From Actinomycetota bacterium (GTDB lineage: Bacteria; Actinomycetota; Actinomycetes; Nanopelagicales; Nanopelagicaceae), in the NCBI GenBank assembly GCA_009698845.1, contig WLPI01000001.1:6012-70011 (forward strand): DNA of 64,000 nucleotides, written 5' to 3'. Each line of letters opens with the position of its first letter. Position 1 is the first letter of the stretch. Under the pieces are notes generated by a model. That model had not been told where the DNA came from, did not search any database, and worked only from the letters and a program-made list of their open reading frames with translations. The translations under genes and the position numbers were made by a program. This document shows positions 20,152-29,786 of this stretch, piece after piece.

Positions 20152-21515
20152 TCGCCAGCAATTTTCACTCGCTGTAGCGCTTGATCAAGGCGCGAAACTT
20201 CGACAATCTCCATTCCATCAATCTTTACATCAGAACCAGTTGGAACAAGAGCGCGCTTAAAACCAAGTCGGTATGCCTCAGCTAGTCGTCTGGAGACCCC
20301 ACTTACTTTTCTAATTTCTCCAGCTAAGCCAACTTCTCCAATTGCGACTAAATCTGCAGGGAGTGCAAGGTTTTTTGCAGCTGATGCAACAGCGAGAGCA
20401 AGTGCTAGATCTGCTGCAGGCTCTGACATCTTCATGCCACCTACTGTTGCTGCATATACATCTCTACCGCCAACACGTACGCCGGCACGAAGCTCAAGAA
20501 CTGCAAGTGTCATAGATGTACGAGCAGAGTCCAGCCCACTGGTTACGCGCCTTGCATTTCCAAAATCATTTTCGCGTCCGGCGCTTACAAGTGCTTGAAT
20601 CTCTGCAAGAAGTGGTCGCCTTCCTTCAAGAGTTACAGTCACACATGTACCGGGAACAGGTTCTGCATGGCGTGAAGTAAATAGACCTGTGGGATCAAGA
20701 ACACTTTCAATCCCTGTATCACTTAAGTCAAAGCAACCAACTTCATCGCTGGCACCAAAACGGTTCTTGATCGCTCGAATTAATCGAAGTCTGGAATGTC
20801 TTTCGCCTTCAAATTGAAGAACAACATCAACGATATGTTCAAGAAGGCGGGGGCCAGCTATCGATCCATCTTTTGTCACATGGCCAACCAAGAGCAATGT
20901 GATGTCACGGTCTTTGCAGATACGAATAAGTGCACCAGCGACTTCACGCACCTGAGTTACACCGCCTGGTGAACCATCTGCAGTCGAAGAACCGATAGTT
21001 TGAATAGAGTCAATGATTACAAGTTGAGGTTTTACCGAATCAATGTGTGCGATTACGGCACCTAAATCAGTTTCGGAAGCCAAAAACAATTGTGGGTCAA
21101 CTGCATTAATTCGCTCAGCACGTAGTCGAACTTGGGATGCCGATTCTTCACCAGAGATGTAGAGGGCAGGAATTCCTTGTGATGCAGTTTGTGCAGCAAC
21201 AGATAAGAGCAACGTTGATTTTCCAACACCTGGTTCGCCGGCTAAGAGAATTGCCGCACCCGGTACAAGACCACCACCTAGAACGCGATCTAACTCTGTT
21301 ACACCAGTTGGTTTTGCCTGAGCCGCCGAGAGGTCGACTTCTCCGATAGGTGTTGCTTTATGAGTAACTAGACCCGCGACGAGTGAAAGTTTCTTTGGTG
21401 CAGCAATCTCTTCAACAGTTCCCCATGCTTGGCACTCTCCGCAACGTCCTACCCATTTTTGCGAAGTCCATCCGCATTCAAAGCAGCGGAAGGGATCCTT
21501 TTCAACCTTAGCCAT
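20148..21515 (-). CDS. radA: DNA repair protein RadA/Sms
   Basis: Zn finger CFECG..KWVGRCGEC, GEPGVGKST, KNRFG motif, Lon-like C-terminus. Confidence 0.97.
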   Translation of the reverse strand: MAKVEKDPFRCFECGWTSQKWVGRCGECQAWGTVEEIAAPKKLSLVAGLVTHKATPIGEVDLSAAQAKPTGVTELDRVLGGGLVPGAAILLAGEPGVGKSTLLLSVAAQTASQGIPALYISGEESASQVRLRAERINAVDPQLFLASETDLGAVIAHIDSVKPQLVIIDSIQTIGSSTADGSPGGVTQVREVAGALIRICKDRDITLLLVGHVTKDGSIAGPRLLEHIVDVVLQFEGERHSRLRLIRAIKNRFGASDEVGCFDLSDTGIESVLDPTGLFTSRHAEPVPGTCVTVTLEGRRPLLAEIQALVSAGRENDFGNARRVTSGLDSARTSMTLAVLELRAGVRVGGRDVYAATVGGMKMSEPAADLALALAVASAAKNLALPADLVAIGEVGLAGEIRKVSGVSRRLAEAYRLGFKRALVPTGSDVKIDGMEIVEVSRLDQALQRVKIAGE

Positions 21516-21521
21516 GGATGT

Positions 21522-21543
21522 AGGTTAGAGCAGAAGACTGACT
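21522..21543 (-). promoter_or_regulatory. Candidate RecA-NDp/PafBC-type DNA-damage promoter, leaderless, for radA-mutY
   Basis: Minus strand AGTCAG-N10-TAACCT-N6-ATG versus the mycobacterial consensus TGTCRG-N10-TANNNT. Confidence 0.5.
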
Positions 21544-22351
21544 ACTTGTTCGCTGCCAGAGTTGCTGGGTGTTGAATCACGAAGAGTGGCAATGATCGCG
21601 CTTGAGCGTCTTTAATCCCCTGAATACGTCGATCGCAGTGCTCGGCCAAAATTGCGTATGCATCTTCGCCCATGAGCTTCTGAAGTTCTGCCTTGTTAGA
21701 GATGTAAACAGGTTCAATTCCTACGTGGGCATCAGTATTGCTGGTGCAGTACCAATCGAAATCATCTCCGCCGTCGCCCCAACCAAGTCTTTCGTACTCA
21801 CCGATTACGGTAACTGAATATTCGCGTTCGCCAACTTCACGAGTTTCATAACTACGACGCAATGGAAGTTGCCAACATACATCTGGTTTTGTATCCACAA
21901 AGTGGATGTTGCGTTTTTGTGCAAGGTGATGAAGTACGCATCCAAATGAACCAGTGAAACCTGGCGCTTCGTGTCCTTTTCGGTTGAGGAAGATACAAGC
22001 ATCATTTACTGTGCGAGTTTTTCTCTCTTTATCTTCATCTAAATCTGTAATGCGAAGATTTCCACCTGGCTTCTTTGGGCGCGCTTCTTCATAGAATTGC
22101 CACATATCTGGAGTCAAGAACTCTGCAGCTTTGCGAACGCGCTCTTCGTCGTCTTCATCTGAGTACATGGCGCCTTCAGTGCAGCAACCATCGTTCGGAC
22201 GATCCTTAAAGACTCCTTGGCAGCCATCGCCGTAGATGCAGGTCCAAAATGAAGTGAGCCAGGTGAGGTCACACTTAAAAATTTCTTCTTCGTCATTGGG
22301 GTCTGCGAATTCGACCCAGTCGCGCGCGAAACCTGGCTTTATCTCTGACAT
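21542..22351 (-). CDS. Conserved actinobacterial Cys-rich hypothetical protein (DUF3109-like, putative metal/Fe-S binding)
   Basis: CDLTWLTS.W.C..G.GC.G, GCC..GA, ACIFLN, GC.LH, KPDVCWQLP, WYC. Confidence 0.7.
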   Translation of the reverse strand: MSEIKPGFARDWVEFADPNDEEEIFKCDLTWLTSFWTCIYGDGCQGVFKDRPNDGCCTEGAMYSDEDDEERVRKAAEFLTPDMWQFYEEARPKKPGGNLRITDLDEDKERKTRTVNDACIFLNRKGHEAPGFTGSFGCVLHHLAQKRNIHFVDTKPDVCWQLPLRRSYETREVGEREYSVTVIGEYERLGWGDGGDDFDWYCTSNTDAHVGIEPVYISNKAELQKLMGEDAYAILAEHCDRRIQGIKDAQARSLPLFVIQHPATLAANK

Positions 22352-22381
22352 AGTCGCAGAGCCTACGCGTACTCTTTCGCC

Positions 22382-23197
22382 ATGGCTAATTACGAAGGCA
22401 TCAATCGCGTTGGAATAATCGGTGCCGGAACAATGGGAGAAGCATTTATTGCAGCCCTTATTCGTTCAGGATTACCAGCAAATGCAATAAGTATCGTTGT
22501 TCGACGAGCAGAACATGGTAAAGAGCTCTCATCCAAGTATGGAGTAATTGTTAAAGAGCTCCATGAGGCGGTACAGAGTTCAGATGTACTCATTCTTGGC
22601 ATCAAACCCCAAGGACTTACAGATCTGATGCCTCAGATTCAACCGAGCCTTCGTAAAGAGACTCTGGTTTTATCGTTGCTCGCAGGCAAGACTATTTCTG
22701 GAATCTCAGAAGGGCTCAAGGGACATTCATCAATCGCTCGCGTGATGCCAAATACACCCACACTTATTGGGCAAGGCATGGCCGGATACTCTCTCTCTAG
22801 CGGCGTGAGTGCGATTCATAAGAAATTCATCGATCAACTACTTTCTGCGACAGGAAAGTCAATTGAAATCCCAGAAGAATTACAGAATGCTTTAACCGGA
22901 ACAAGCGGATCAGGTCCGGCATATTTCTTTAGATTTGTAGAAGCAATGATTGATGGTTCTGTCGCACTTGGAATTTCTCGAGAAGATGCAACGACTCTCA
23001 CTATTCAAACCATCGTTGGAGCTGCCGCCTTACTTGATGAATCTGGTGAAACCCCAACACGTCTACGCGAGAAAGTTACGAGCCTGAAAGGGGCAACTGC
23101 AGAAGCGCTTGCAGTATTTAACGATGCCGGAATTTCTGAGATTGTTGCCAAGGCAATGGCGGCTTCAGCACGACGATCAGAAGAGCTTGCGCAGTAA
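22382..23197 (+). CDS. proC: Pyrroline-5-carboxylate reductase
   Basis: GIIGAGTMG, KPQ, RVMPNTP, SGSGPAY, LREKVTS..GAT. Confidence 0.95.
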   Translation: MANYEGINRVGIIGAGTMGEAFIAALIRSGLPANAISIVVRRAEHGKELSSKYGVIVKELHEAVQSSDVLILGIKPQGLTDLMPQIQPSLRKETLVLSLLAGKTISGISEGLKGHSSIARVMPNTPTLIGQGMAGYSLSSGVSAIHKKFIDQLLSATGKSIEIPEELQNALTGTSGSGPAYFFRFVEAMIDGSVALGISREDATTLTIQTIVGAAALLDESGETPTRLREKVTSLKGATAEALAVFNDAGISEIVAKAMAASARRSEELAQ

Positions 23198-24402
23198 TGA
23201 AAAAGACGGCACTCCTTCTTGTTTTAACGATGAGTTTTTTGACTCCGGCTCATGCGGTACAGAAGAACATTGCAGTGAAGAAAATTGAAAAACTAGTAAG
23301 CGCACCAGATGCCGAGTTATTGACTGCGAGTGGCTCGTCGATAATTCTTATTTCAAATGTAGATTCTCCAACCGCACAGATCTCAATTTCAGCTCTAGAT
23401 ACATCAGGAACAGCAATCTGGCAGAAAAAAATTGAGTCCCAGCAGGAAGAAATTGCTTCTGCTGTTACTTCAGATAACGCTGGAAATATCTGGCTTGCAG
23501 GATTTGCATCAGTTAAAAACTCCATAGAGAGTTCAACCGCGACTGCAACCGAAACCGCAACCGCGACCGCAGAGAATCCAGATGGGGTCGTTGCCGAGGA
23601 TTACCCCGATATGCGCGAAGATCTGCGCGTTCTGACAGTGTGGAAGCTCTCTCCACTCGGCGAACTCATTTCTGCTTATTCCAAGGAGTTATCCGAGCCA
23701 GGGCTTGTTAATGGCATTTCAGTAAATACATCAGGAATTTCTATCGTCGGTCAGTTTTCGGGAAGACCATTTCTTATCACGGCAAATCAATCTGGTGCAT
23801 TTAGCAAGATGTATTTTGTAGGTACATCCAAGACTGTGATTAACACAGTGGTGAGAAATACAGATTCAACATCAAATCTTTTCGGTGCCAGCACCGAGAA
23901 ATTAGGTGGGAAGAATCTTGCAGGAAAGCGAGATGGCATTCTGATGAAGGTAGGTAAGTCCGGATCGATAACATCAGTAGTAAGGAGCTCGATTACAAAA
24001 GGTGATCGCGCTTGGCTGAGCTCTGATTCAAATCTACTTTTATCTGGCTATGTGAAATCTGGAAAAGTTGTGGAAAGTGCAATCACAAAATTTAACTCTG
24101 CATTTGTGCCAACATGGACAATTCGTATTCCATCTACTGGAGAATCTCTTGCACTGAGTGCGGGAAAGAATTCTTATGCAGCTTTAAACTCTAATTCGGC
24201 GGTCAAATCTCTCACCGGGTGGAAGCCCACTAAGAGTCAACTGCTTCTGCTGACTTTCGATTCAAAAGGAATTATTACTGCTGCCTCTGGAATTTCTGAT
24301 CTCTCATCACCATTTGCACTCTCATATTCAAAAGAACTTGGTGTAGTGGGTCTGGCTAAATCAGTGGATCAAACTGTCGCGGTATTCAAAGTAACGAAGT
24401 AA
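23197..24402 (+). CDS. Secreted hypothetical protein, Ser/Thr/Gly-rich, probable beta-propeller
   Basis: Signal peptide MKKTALLLVL...AHA. Repeated short strands such as D.SG...WQK, SDNAGNIWLAG and RDGILMK. TAATG coupling with proC. Confidence 0.65.
   Translation: MKKTALLLVLTMSFLTPAHAVQKNIAVKKIEKLVSAPDAELLTASGSSIILISNVDSPTAQISISALDTSGTAIWQKKIESQQEEIASAVTSDNAGNIWLAGFASVKNSIESSTATATETATATAENPDGVVAEDYPDMREDLRVLTVWKLSPLGELISAYSKELSEPGLVNGISVNTSGISIVGQFSGRPFLITANQSGAFSKMYFVGTSKTVINTVVRNTDSTSNLFGASTEKLGGKNLAGKRDGILMKVGKSGSITSVVRSSITKGDRAWLSSDSNLLLSGYVKSGKVVESAITKFNSAFVPTWTIRIPSTGESLALSAGKNSYAALNSNSAVKSLTGWKPTKSQLLLLTFDSKGIITAASGISDLSSPFALSYSKELGVVGLAKSVDQTVAVFKVTK
23536..23571 (+). repeat. Six imperfect 6-bp tandem units (ACCGCR-like) encoding TATATETATATA
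   Basis: ACCGCG ACTGCA ACCGAA ACCGCA ACCGCG ACCGCA. Confidence 0.75.
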
Positions 24403-24414
24403 AAATGGCTCAGG

Positions 24415-26790
24415 CTATGGCCTGAACATAGATAGTTGACCTTTATATCCAGCAACTAAATATCTAACCCGGTCGATGACTATCCACCCAGACGCTATTC
24501 CTTTTAAATTCTCATCTGCTGAAACCAAGGAAATCGTAGGAGTCCTCCTTGACTGATCAAGTACGCACAGTCTGTTGGCACAATTAAATGCAGTAGCGGT
24601 GCCATCTGTAGTGAGGAATCTTGTAGGAGCTCCGTAATTTTCGGTAGTCGCAACGCTTTGAGTAGGAACTGCTTGAATGTAACTCCAACGTATCTTCGCC
24701 GCGTTAGGCATAGTTGCGGGAGCAGCAATCAGCCAAGTAGCTAACAAGCCATTGATGTTCTTTGCAATGGAAATGTCGTAACCAGTCATGGGTGCATCTG
24801 CTCCCGAAGCATCAAGGTTGAAGTATGTCCAAGGAGAATTTGAGAATGTGTCTCGAGATGCAACACGAACTTCTCCAGATGTAGCTTGTTTTCTCTGGTT
24901 TATTGTGAGAACGGAATCGTAAATAACGTAGGTCTTTCGCCCGTTGTATGCAGCCCGAAGATGGAAGGCAACATCTCCCATACTTCTGCCATCTGTCTTT
25001 CGATCTCCATCGATAAGTTCGTAATTCCACTTAGTTGCACTCTTTAGCCGTGAAGCTCCTAGAAGAATTCCTTGGCTCTCGTCTCGATAGAAAACTTGCA
25101 CACCGGCGGTAGTGGCTACACATGCATTTGAAATGCTTACATCACTGGCAGTTCTAAAGCGGAGTGGGTCTTTGTAGTCATTTACTGATGTTCCATTGCC
25201 ATCGACAATCTCGTAGGTAAATTTCTTGCCGTCGTAGCTTGCGTAGTGCAGATCTTTCTCTTTGCTCTCGGAGTAGAAAACGTGAAGGGTTTGCGTCGTA
25301 CCTGATCCATTTACACATGCAGAAATTGGACCAGTGATTGGGCTCTTTGTTCGTGGAGAAGATCCACCTGCACCGTCAATTGTTAACTTTCTCCACTTCT
25401 TGCCTTCCCACATTGCGATTTTTAACCGACCGCTAGTGGAATCTGAGTAAAGAACTGTTGGTTTCTTGTTAAAGGTTATCGTTGTCATACGCTGCGCATC
25501 AGATTCATTATCAATAACGAATCTCTGCCATGATTTTTGCGGAGTGATTGGCGCGGTAATGACTGCATCAGAGGATCCATTTGAATTCGAAGCGATCACG
25601 CTAAATGAATAGCTGGTGCCATTTTTGAGTCCAGCAAAGGTTATTGGCGAAGTAGTTGAACTCTGAATTTCATCAGTCTTTAAATTACGCACCGTGTATA
25701 AGCTCACCTGTGATGTTCGTGCATTAGCAGGGGGATCAAAGGTAACTATTGCTGCTGAATCAGAAATCAAAGCGGATGCATTACGAACGGCTTGAGGAAT
25801 TCCAACCGCTAAACCCAAAGGCGGCTTGCGACGCATATCTTCCATCATCGCGAGTAAAAGTGGGCCAGGCTCCCGAAAAATTTCACCTGCATCCAAATTA
25901 GGAGTCATGATTCGATTTAGCTCGGAATTCTTATACGTTGCTTCATCAAGATGACTTACTGAAGAACCTTCTTCATATCTACTAGGCGTGTACAAGAGCG
26001 GTTTAGTCCCACCGTTTGCTTCGATTCCAAGTGCACCAGACCACACCAAGGTTGAAGTGAGCGCCTTACCGAGTTCAATTGATGGAGAAGGCAGGTCAGA
26101 AAGTCTGCGGCCATCTGGAAGTTGTGCATAAGCACTGTATGGCGTTGGTTGTTCAATACTTCCGTAGCCAAAGAAATAATCGTAAGAATCGGTAGATAGA
26201 AAACCTAAGCCATGGCCCATTTCGTGTAAGAAAACAGATTGCAAGTCGTACTCTGTTAATCGCGGTGCGCCATCATTTCTAGTATTCCAACCTGCTGACG
26301 AATTAACCTGAATCACCATTTCAGGATTATTGGGATCTAAATCTTTACCTGCCAGTGCGTTAGCAAGGGCCGACGGATACCAGAGGCTTGCATCTGGCGC
26401 CCCGTCAAAGCCCGCGTAGTAACTTCCGGGACGAGCACTTCCAAGGATTGAAGTTGAAGTTGAGCGAATCCAACTTGCATCGATTGTTATTGGAACCTTA
26501 GAAGAGAAGTTTGCACTCCAAACATCTACGGCAGCTTGGAAGTCTTTCTTCGCCCATTCTGGAAAATTCTTATAGTTGACGACAAATTTGGATTTTTGTT
26601 CGAGGTAGAAAACTTTTGGCGAACGGGTCTGTGCAGTTGCAGCTGCAGGACCTGCATAGATATGACCCCATACAGTTGAGGGAGCTACTTTAAAATTTGA
26701 AAGCGCTTGCGACTGTATCGGTGAAGCAAGAGAGATGAGGAGAGTAAGCGATGTGAGAGCGATAACCGCTCTGCGCTGTAGGCCTCTCAT
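24415..26790 (-). CDS. Secreted zinc metallopeptidase-like protein with fibronectin type III domain and C-terminal repeat region
   Basis: Signal peptide, HEMGHGLGF zincin motif and downstream SHLDE. FN3 motif FAGLKNGTSYSFSVIASNSNG. Repeated (I/V)DG strands in the C-terminal half. Confidence 0.75.
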   Translation of the reverse strand: MRGLQRRAVIALTSLTLLISLASPIQSQALSNFKVAPSTVWGHIYAGPAAATAQTRSPKVFYLEQKSKFVVNYKNFPEWAKKDFQAAVDVWSANFSSKVPITIDASWIRSTSTSILGSARPGSYYAGFDGAPDASLWYPSALANALAGKDLDPNNPEMVIQVNSSAGWNTRNDGAPRLTEYDLQSVFLHEMGHGLGFLSTDSYDYFFGYGSIEQPTPYSAYAQLPDGRRLSDLPSPSIELGKALTSTLVWSGALGIEANGGTKPLLYTPSRYEEGSSVSHLDEATYKNSELNRIMTPNLDAGEIFREPGPLLLAMMEDMRRKPPLGLAVGIPQAVRNASALISDSAAIVTFDPPANARTSQVSLYTVRNLKTDEIQSSTTSPITFAGLKNGTSYSFSVIASNSNGSSDAVITAPITPQKSWQRFVIDNESDAQRMTTITFNKKPTVLYSDSTSGRLKIAMWEGKKWRKLTIDGAGGSSPRTKSPITGPISACVNGSGTTQTLHVFYSESKEKDLHYASYDGKKFTYEIVDGNGTSVNDYKDPLRFRTASDVSISNACVATTAGVQVFYRDESQGILLGASRLKSATKWNYELIDGDRKTDGRSMGDVAFHLRAAYNGRKTYVIYDSVLTINQRKQATSGEVRVASRDTFSNSPWTYFNLDASGADAPMTGYDISIAKNINGLLATWLIAAPATMPNAAKIRWSYIQAVPTQSVATTENYGAPTRFLTTDGTATAFNCANRLCVLDQSRRTPTISLVSADENLKGIASGWIVIDRVRYLVAGYKGQLSMFRP

Positions 26791-26825
26791 AGCGCCTAAC
26801 GCTATCAGGATGAGAGAATGCAGTC

Positions 26826-27077
26826 ATGACTACAGTCACGGTTTATTCTCGCCAAGGCTGCCATCTTTGTGAGAGCGCTGAAAATTCACTTGAAATTCTC
26901 AGTAGAGAATTGGATTTTTATCTTGAAATAAAATTAATTGATGGTAATTCAGAATTAGAGAAGTTATACGGTAATGAAGTTCCTGTAATCCACATTGATG
27001 GCGAACATCATGATTTCTATAAAGTAGATGAAACCAGGTTTAGAACTTCCCTTGAAAGACATCGTCAGCGTCGATAA
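26826..27077 (+). CDS. Glutaredoxin-like protein (DUF836)
   Basis: YSRQGCHLC (CxxC) and YG.EVPVIHIDG. Confidence 0.88.
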   Translation: MTTVTVYSRQGCHLCESAENSLEILSRELDFYLEIKLIDGNSELEKLYGNEVPVIHIDGEHHDFYKVDETRFRTSLERHRQRR

Positions 27078-28689
27078 TTCTGTATGAATAACCTTGCTCA
27101 GCTAAGAAGCGTTGGCGATTCTGTGCAAAATCCTGGTCGATTGTGTCTCTTGAAACTACAGAGTAAAACTTTGCACTTCTTCCGTCAGATTTTGGTCTAA
27201 GAATTCTTCCTAAACGTTGCGCCTCTTCTTGCCTGGAACCAAATGCTCCAGATACCTGAATTGCAATTGTTGCTTCAGGTAGATCAATTGAAAAATTAGC
27301 CACTTTTGAAACTACAAGACATGTAATTTCACCAGTTCGAAAAGCTGCATAAAGGCGTTCACGTTCTTTCTGAGGAGTGTCACCTTTAATAACAGGCACG
27401 CCAAGAGTTTCTGATAAATCATCAAGTTGGTCTATGTATTGCCCGATAACAAGTATTTGTTCACCTGCATGGTGAGCGACAATTTCCTCAACTATGTTGC
27501 GTTTGGTTCGCGTTGTTGCGCAATAGCGATAGCGCTCTTCTGGCTCGGCAGTTGCATATGCAAGTCGCTCTGCCTCAGTGAGATTTACGCGCACCTCAAT
27601 ACATTCAGCGGGTGCGATGTACCCCTGAGCTTCGATTTCCTTCCATGGAACATCGAAACGTTTTGGACCAATGAGAGAGAAGACTTCGCCCTCCATTCCA
27701 TCTTCGCGAACAAGAGTTGCAGTGAGACCAAGTCTGCGGCGAGATTGAATATCGGCTGTGAAGCGAAAGATTGGCGCAGGTAATAAGTGAACTTCATCGT
27801 AAATAATGAGTCCCCAGTCGTGAGTATCGAAGAGGTCCAAGTGTGCGTAAACACCATTCTTCTTCTTTGTCATCACCTGATACGTTGCGATAGTTACCGG
27901 GCGAATTTCTTTCTTTGCACCCGAATACTCACCAATTTCATCTTCGTTAAGTGTTGTGCGCTTAAGCAGTTCATCTCGCCATTGACGTGCAGCAATAGTG
28001 TTTGTTACCAAAATTAAAGTCGTCGCTTTTACATGTGCCATTGCTGCCGCGCCCACAATAGTTTTTCCAGCACCGCATGGGAGGACTACTACTCCCGAAC
28101 CACCGTGCCAGAATCCTTCTGCAGCATGTTCCTGATACTGGCGAATCTTCCAGCCATCTTGCTTCAGTGCAATTTCATGCGCTTGGCCATCTACATAGCC
28201 TGCAAAATCTTCAGCCGGCCAACCTAGGCGTAGCAATGATTGTTTTATCTGGCCGCGCTGGCTTGGGTGTACTGCAATAGTTTCTTTATCAATTCGAACT
28301 CCGAGTAGGGGCGCTATCTTCTTTGCACGAATAACCTCTTCGAGTACGCCAGTGTCGGTAGTGACCAAAATCAGCCCATGTATCGGATCAGCTTCTAGGC
28401 GAAGGCGTCCATATCTGGACATCGTCTCTGCAATATCTACAAGAAGTGAATGCGGGACTGCGTAACGCGAATATTTTATGAGGGTATCAATCACTAATTC
28501 TGCATCGTGGCCTGCAGCGCGAGCATTCCAGAGACCTAGATTAGTTAAGCGGTATGTATGAATATGTTCAGGGGAGCGTTCAAGTTCAGCAAAGGGAGCA
28601 ATTGCGCGACGACATTCGGTGGATAGAACATGATCGACATCTAATAGAAGAGTCTTATCGCTTTGAACAATCAATGGTCCATCGGTCAC
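27040..28689 (-). CDS. DNA repair helicase XPB (ERCC3/Rad25 family)
   Basis: PLIVQSDKTLLL N-terminus, LPCGAGKT, DEVH, LGLTATLVRED (RED motif), QRLGRILR. Confidence 0.95.
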   Translation of the reverse strand: MTDGPLIVQSDKTLLLDVDHVLSTECRRAIAPFAELERSPEHIHTYRLTNLGLWNARAAGHDAELVIDTLIKYSRYAVPHSLLVDIAETMSRYGRLRLEADPIHGLILVTTDTGVLEEVIRAKKIAPLLGVRIDKETIAVHPSQRGQIKQSLLRLGWPAEDFAGYVDGQAHEIALKQDGWKIRQYQEHAAEGFWHGGSGVVVLPCGAGKTIVGAAAMAHVKATTLILVTNTIAARQWRDELLKRTTLNEDEIGEYSGAKKEIRPVTIATYQVMTKKKNGVYAHLDLFDTHDWGLIIYDEVHLLPAPIFRFTADIQSRRRLGLTATLVREDGMEGEVFSLIGPKRFDVPWKEIEAQGYIAPAECIEVRVNLTEAERLAYATAEPEERYRYCATTRTKRNIVEEIVAHHAGEQILVIGQYIDQLDDLSETLGVPVIKGDTPQKERERLYAAFRTGEITCLVVSKVANFSIDLPEATIAIQVSGAFGSRQEEAQRLGRILRPKSDGRSAKFYSVVSRDTIDQDFAQNRQRFLAEQGYSYRIIDADDVFQGKF

Positions 28690-29786
28690 GAGAGCAAATC
28701 CTTAATGAATGCATGTAAGAAATCGCTGCGCTCTTGCATCGAAGAAACTTTGACCCACTCGTGTGGAGCGTGTGCGCCGCCTCCGACTGCACCTAATCCA
28801 TCTAATACTTGTGCACCAGCAGCAGCAGCAAAATTACCGTCGCTAGCGCCACCGACTTCAGCACAACCAAGAGGAGCCATTCCAAGTGAAGCAGCAACTT
28901 TCTCAGCACGTTTATAGAGAGCCTCAGTTGATGATGGCTGTAACGGTGGACGGTTTAATCCACCAGTAACTTCTAAACGCGCTTGAGGGTTATGTGCTGT
29001 AAAAGATTTAATCTCACGATCTACTCGCTCTAGTTCTGCCTGAGAGAAAGAGCGTGCATCAATATCGAGAACTGCAAGATCAGGAACAGTATTTGTTGTG
29101 TTGCCTGAGGAAAGCAAAGTTGGGACAACTGTTGTCCCAAACTCTGAATTCTCTAGTGATGAAAGTTTCAAAATTACATGAGCGATTTCGGTAGTTGAGT
29201 TAACTCCTTTTTCTGGCTCTAAGCCTGCATGTGATGCAAGGCCATGTACTTTAATTTGATACATGCCGGTCCCTTTACGACCAGTTTTCACTTTTCCATC
29301 CAGCGAAGCTTCAAGAACTAGGACTGCCTTAGCGCGAGAAGAAATATCTTTGATCATCGCCTTGGAAGCGTGGCTTCCAGTTTCTTCATCTGTTGTCGCA
29401 ATAAGTGCAACAGAGCCTTCGATACCTTTAAGGGCGTAGAGCGCCTGAATAAATCCAGCTTTCATATCGAACGTTCCGGGACCACGTAATACATCTCCAT
29501 CTATTTCCCACAATGGCTTATATGAACCAATTGGCCAGACGGTATCTAAATGTGCAAGGACAACAACATCAGGTTGCTCAGCACCCCACCAGAAAACCGG
29601 TCGGCCCTCAATCTCTTTTATCTGTGCAGGAACACCGAGCACTCGCGTTGCAATGTCACTTGCAAGAGTTACTACAGAGCGGCACGCAGCAAGATCATCG
29701 CTTGGAGATTCACAGCGAACAAGTGCTTCCAGGGCTGCCAACATAGGCTCAAGTCTGCCGTATTTAGGTGTCTTCTCGCTTGTCAT
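28686..29786 (-). CDS. M20 family metallopeptidase (glutamate carboxypeptidase/CPG2-like)
   Basis: AHLDTVW, GPGTFDMKAG, DEETGS, SHAGLEPEKG, GGASDGNF, GGGAHAPHE. Confidence 0.9.
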   Translation of the reverse strand: MTSEKTPKYGRLEPMLAALEALVRCESPSDDLAACRSVVTLASDIATRVLGVPAQIKEIEGRPVFWWGAEQPDVVVLAHLDTVWPIGSYKPLWEIDGDVLRGPGTFDMKAGFIQALYALKGIEGSVALIATTDEETGSHASKAMIKDISSRAKAVLVLEASLDGKVKTGRKGTGMYQIKVHGLASHAGLEPEKGVNSTTEIAHVILKLSSLENSEFGTTVVPTLLSSGNTTNTVPDLAVLDIDARSFSQAELERVDREIKSFTAHNPQARLEVTGGLNRPPLQPSSTEALYKRAEKVAASLGMAPLGCAEVGGASDGNFAAAAGAQVLDGLGAVGGGAHAPHEWVKVSSMQERSDFLHAFIKDLLS

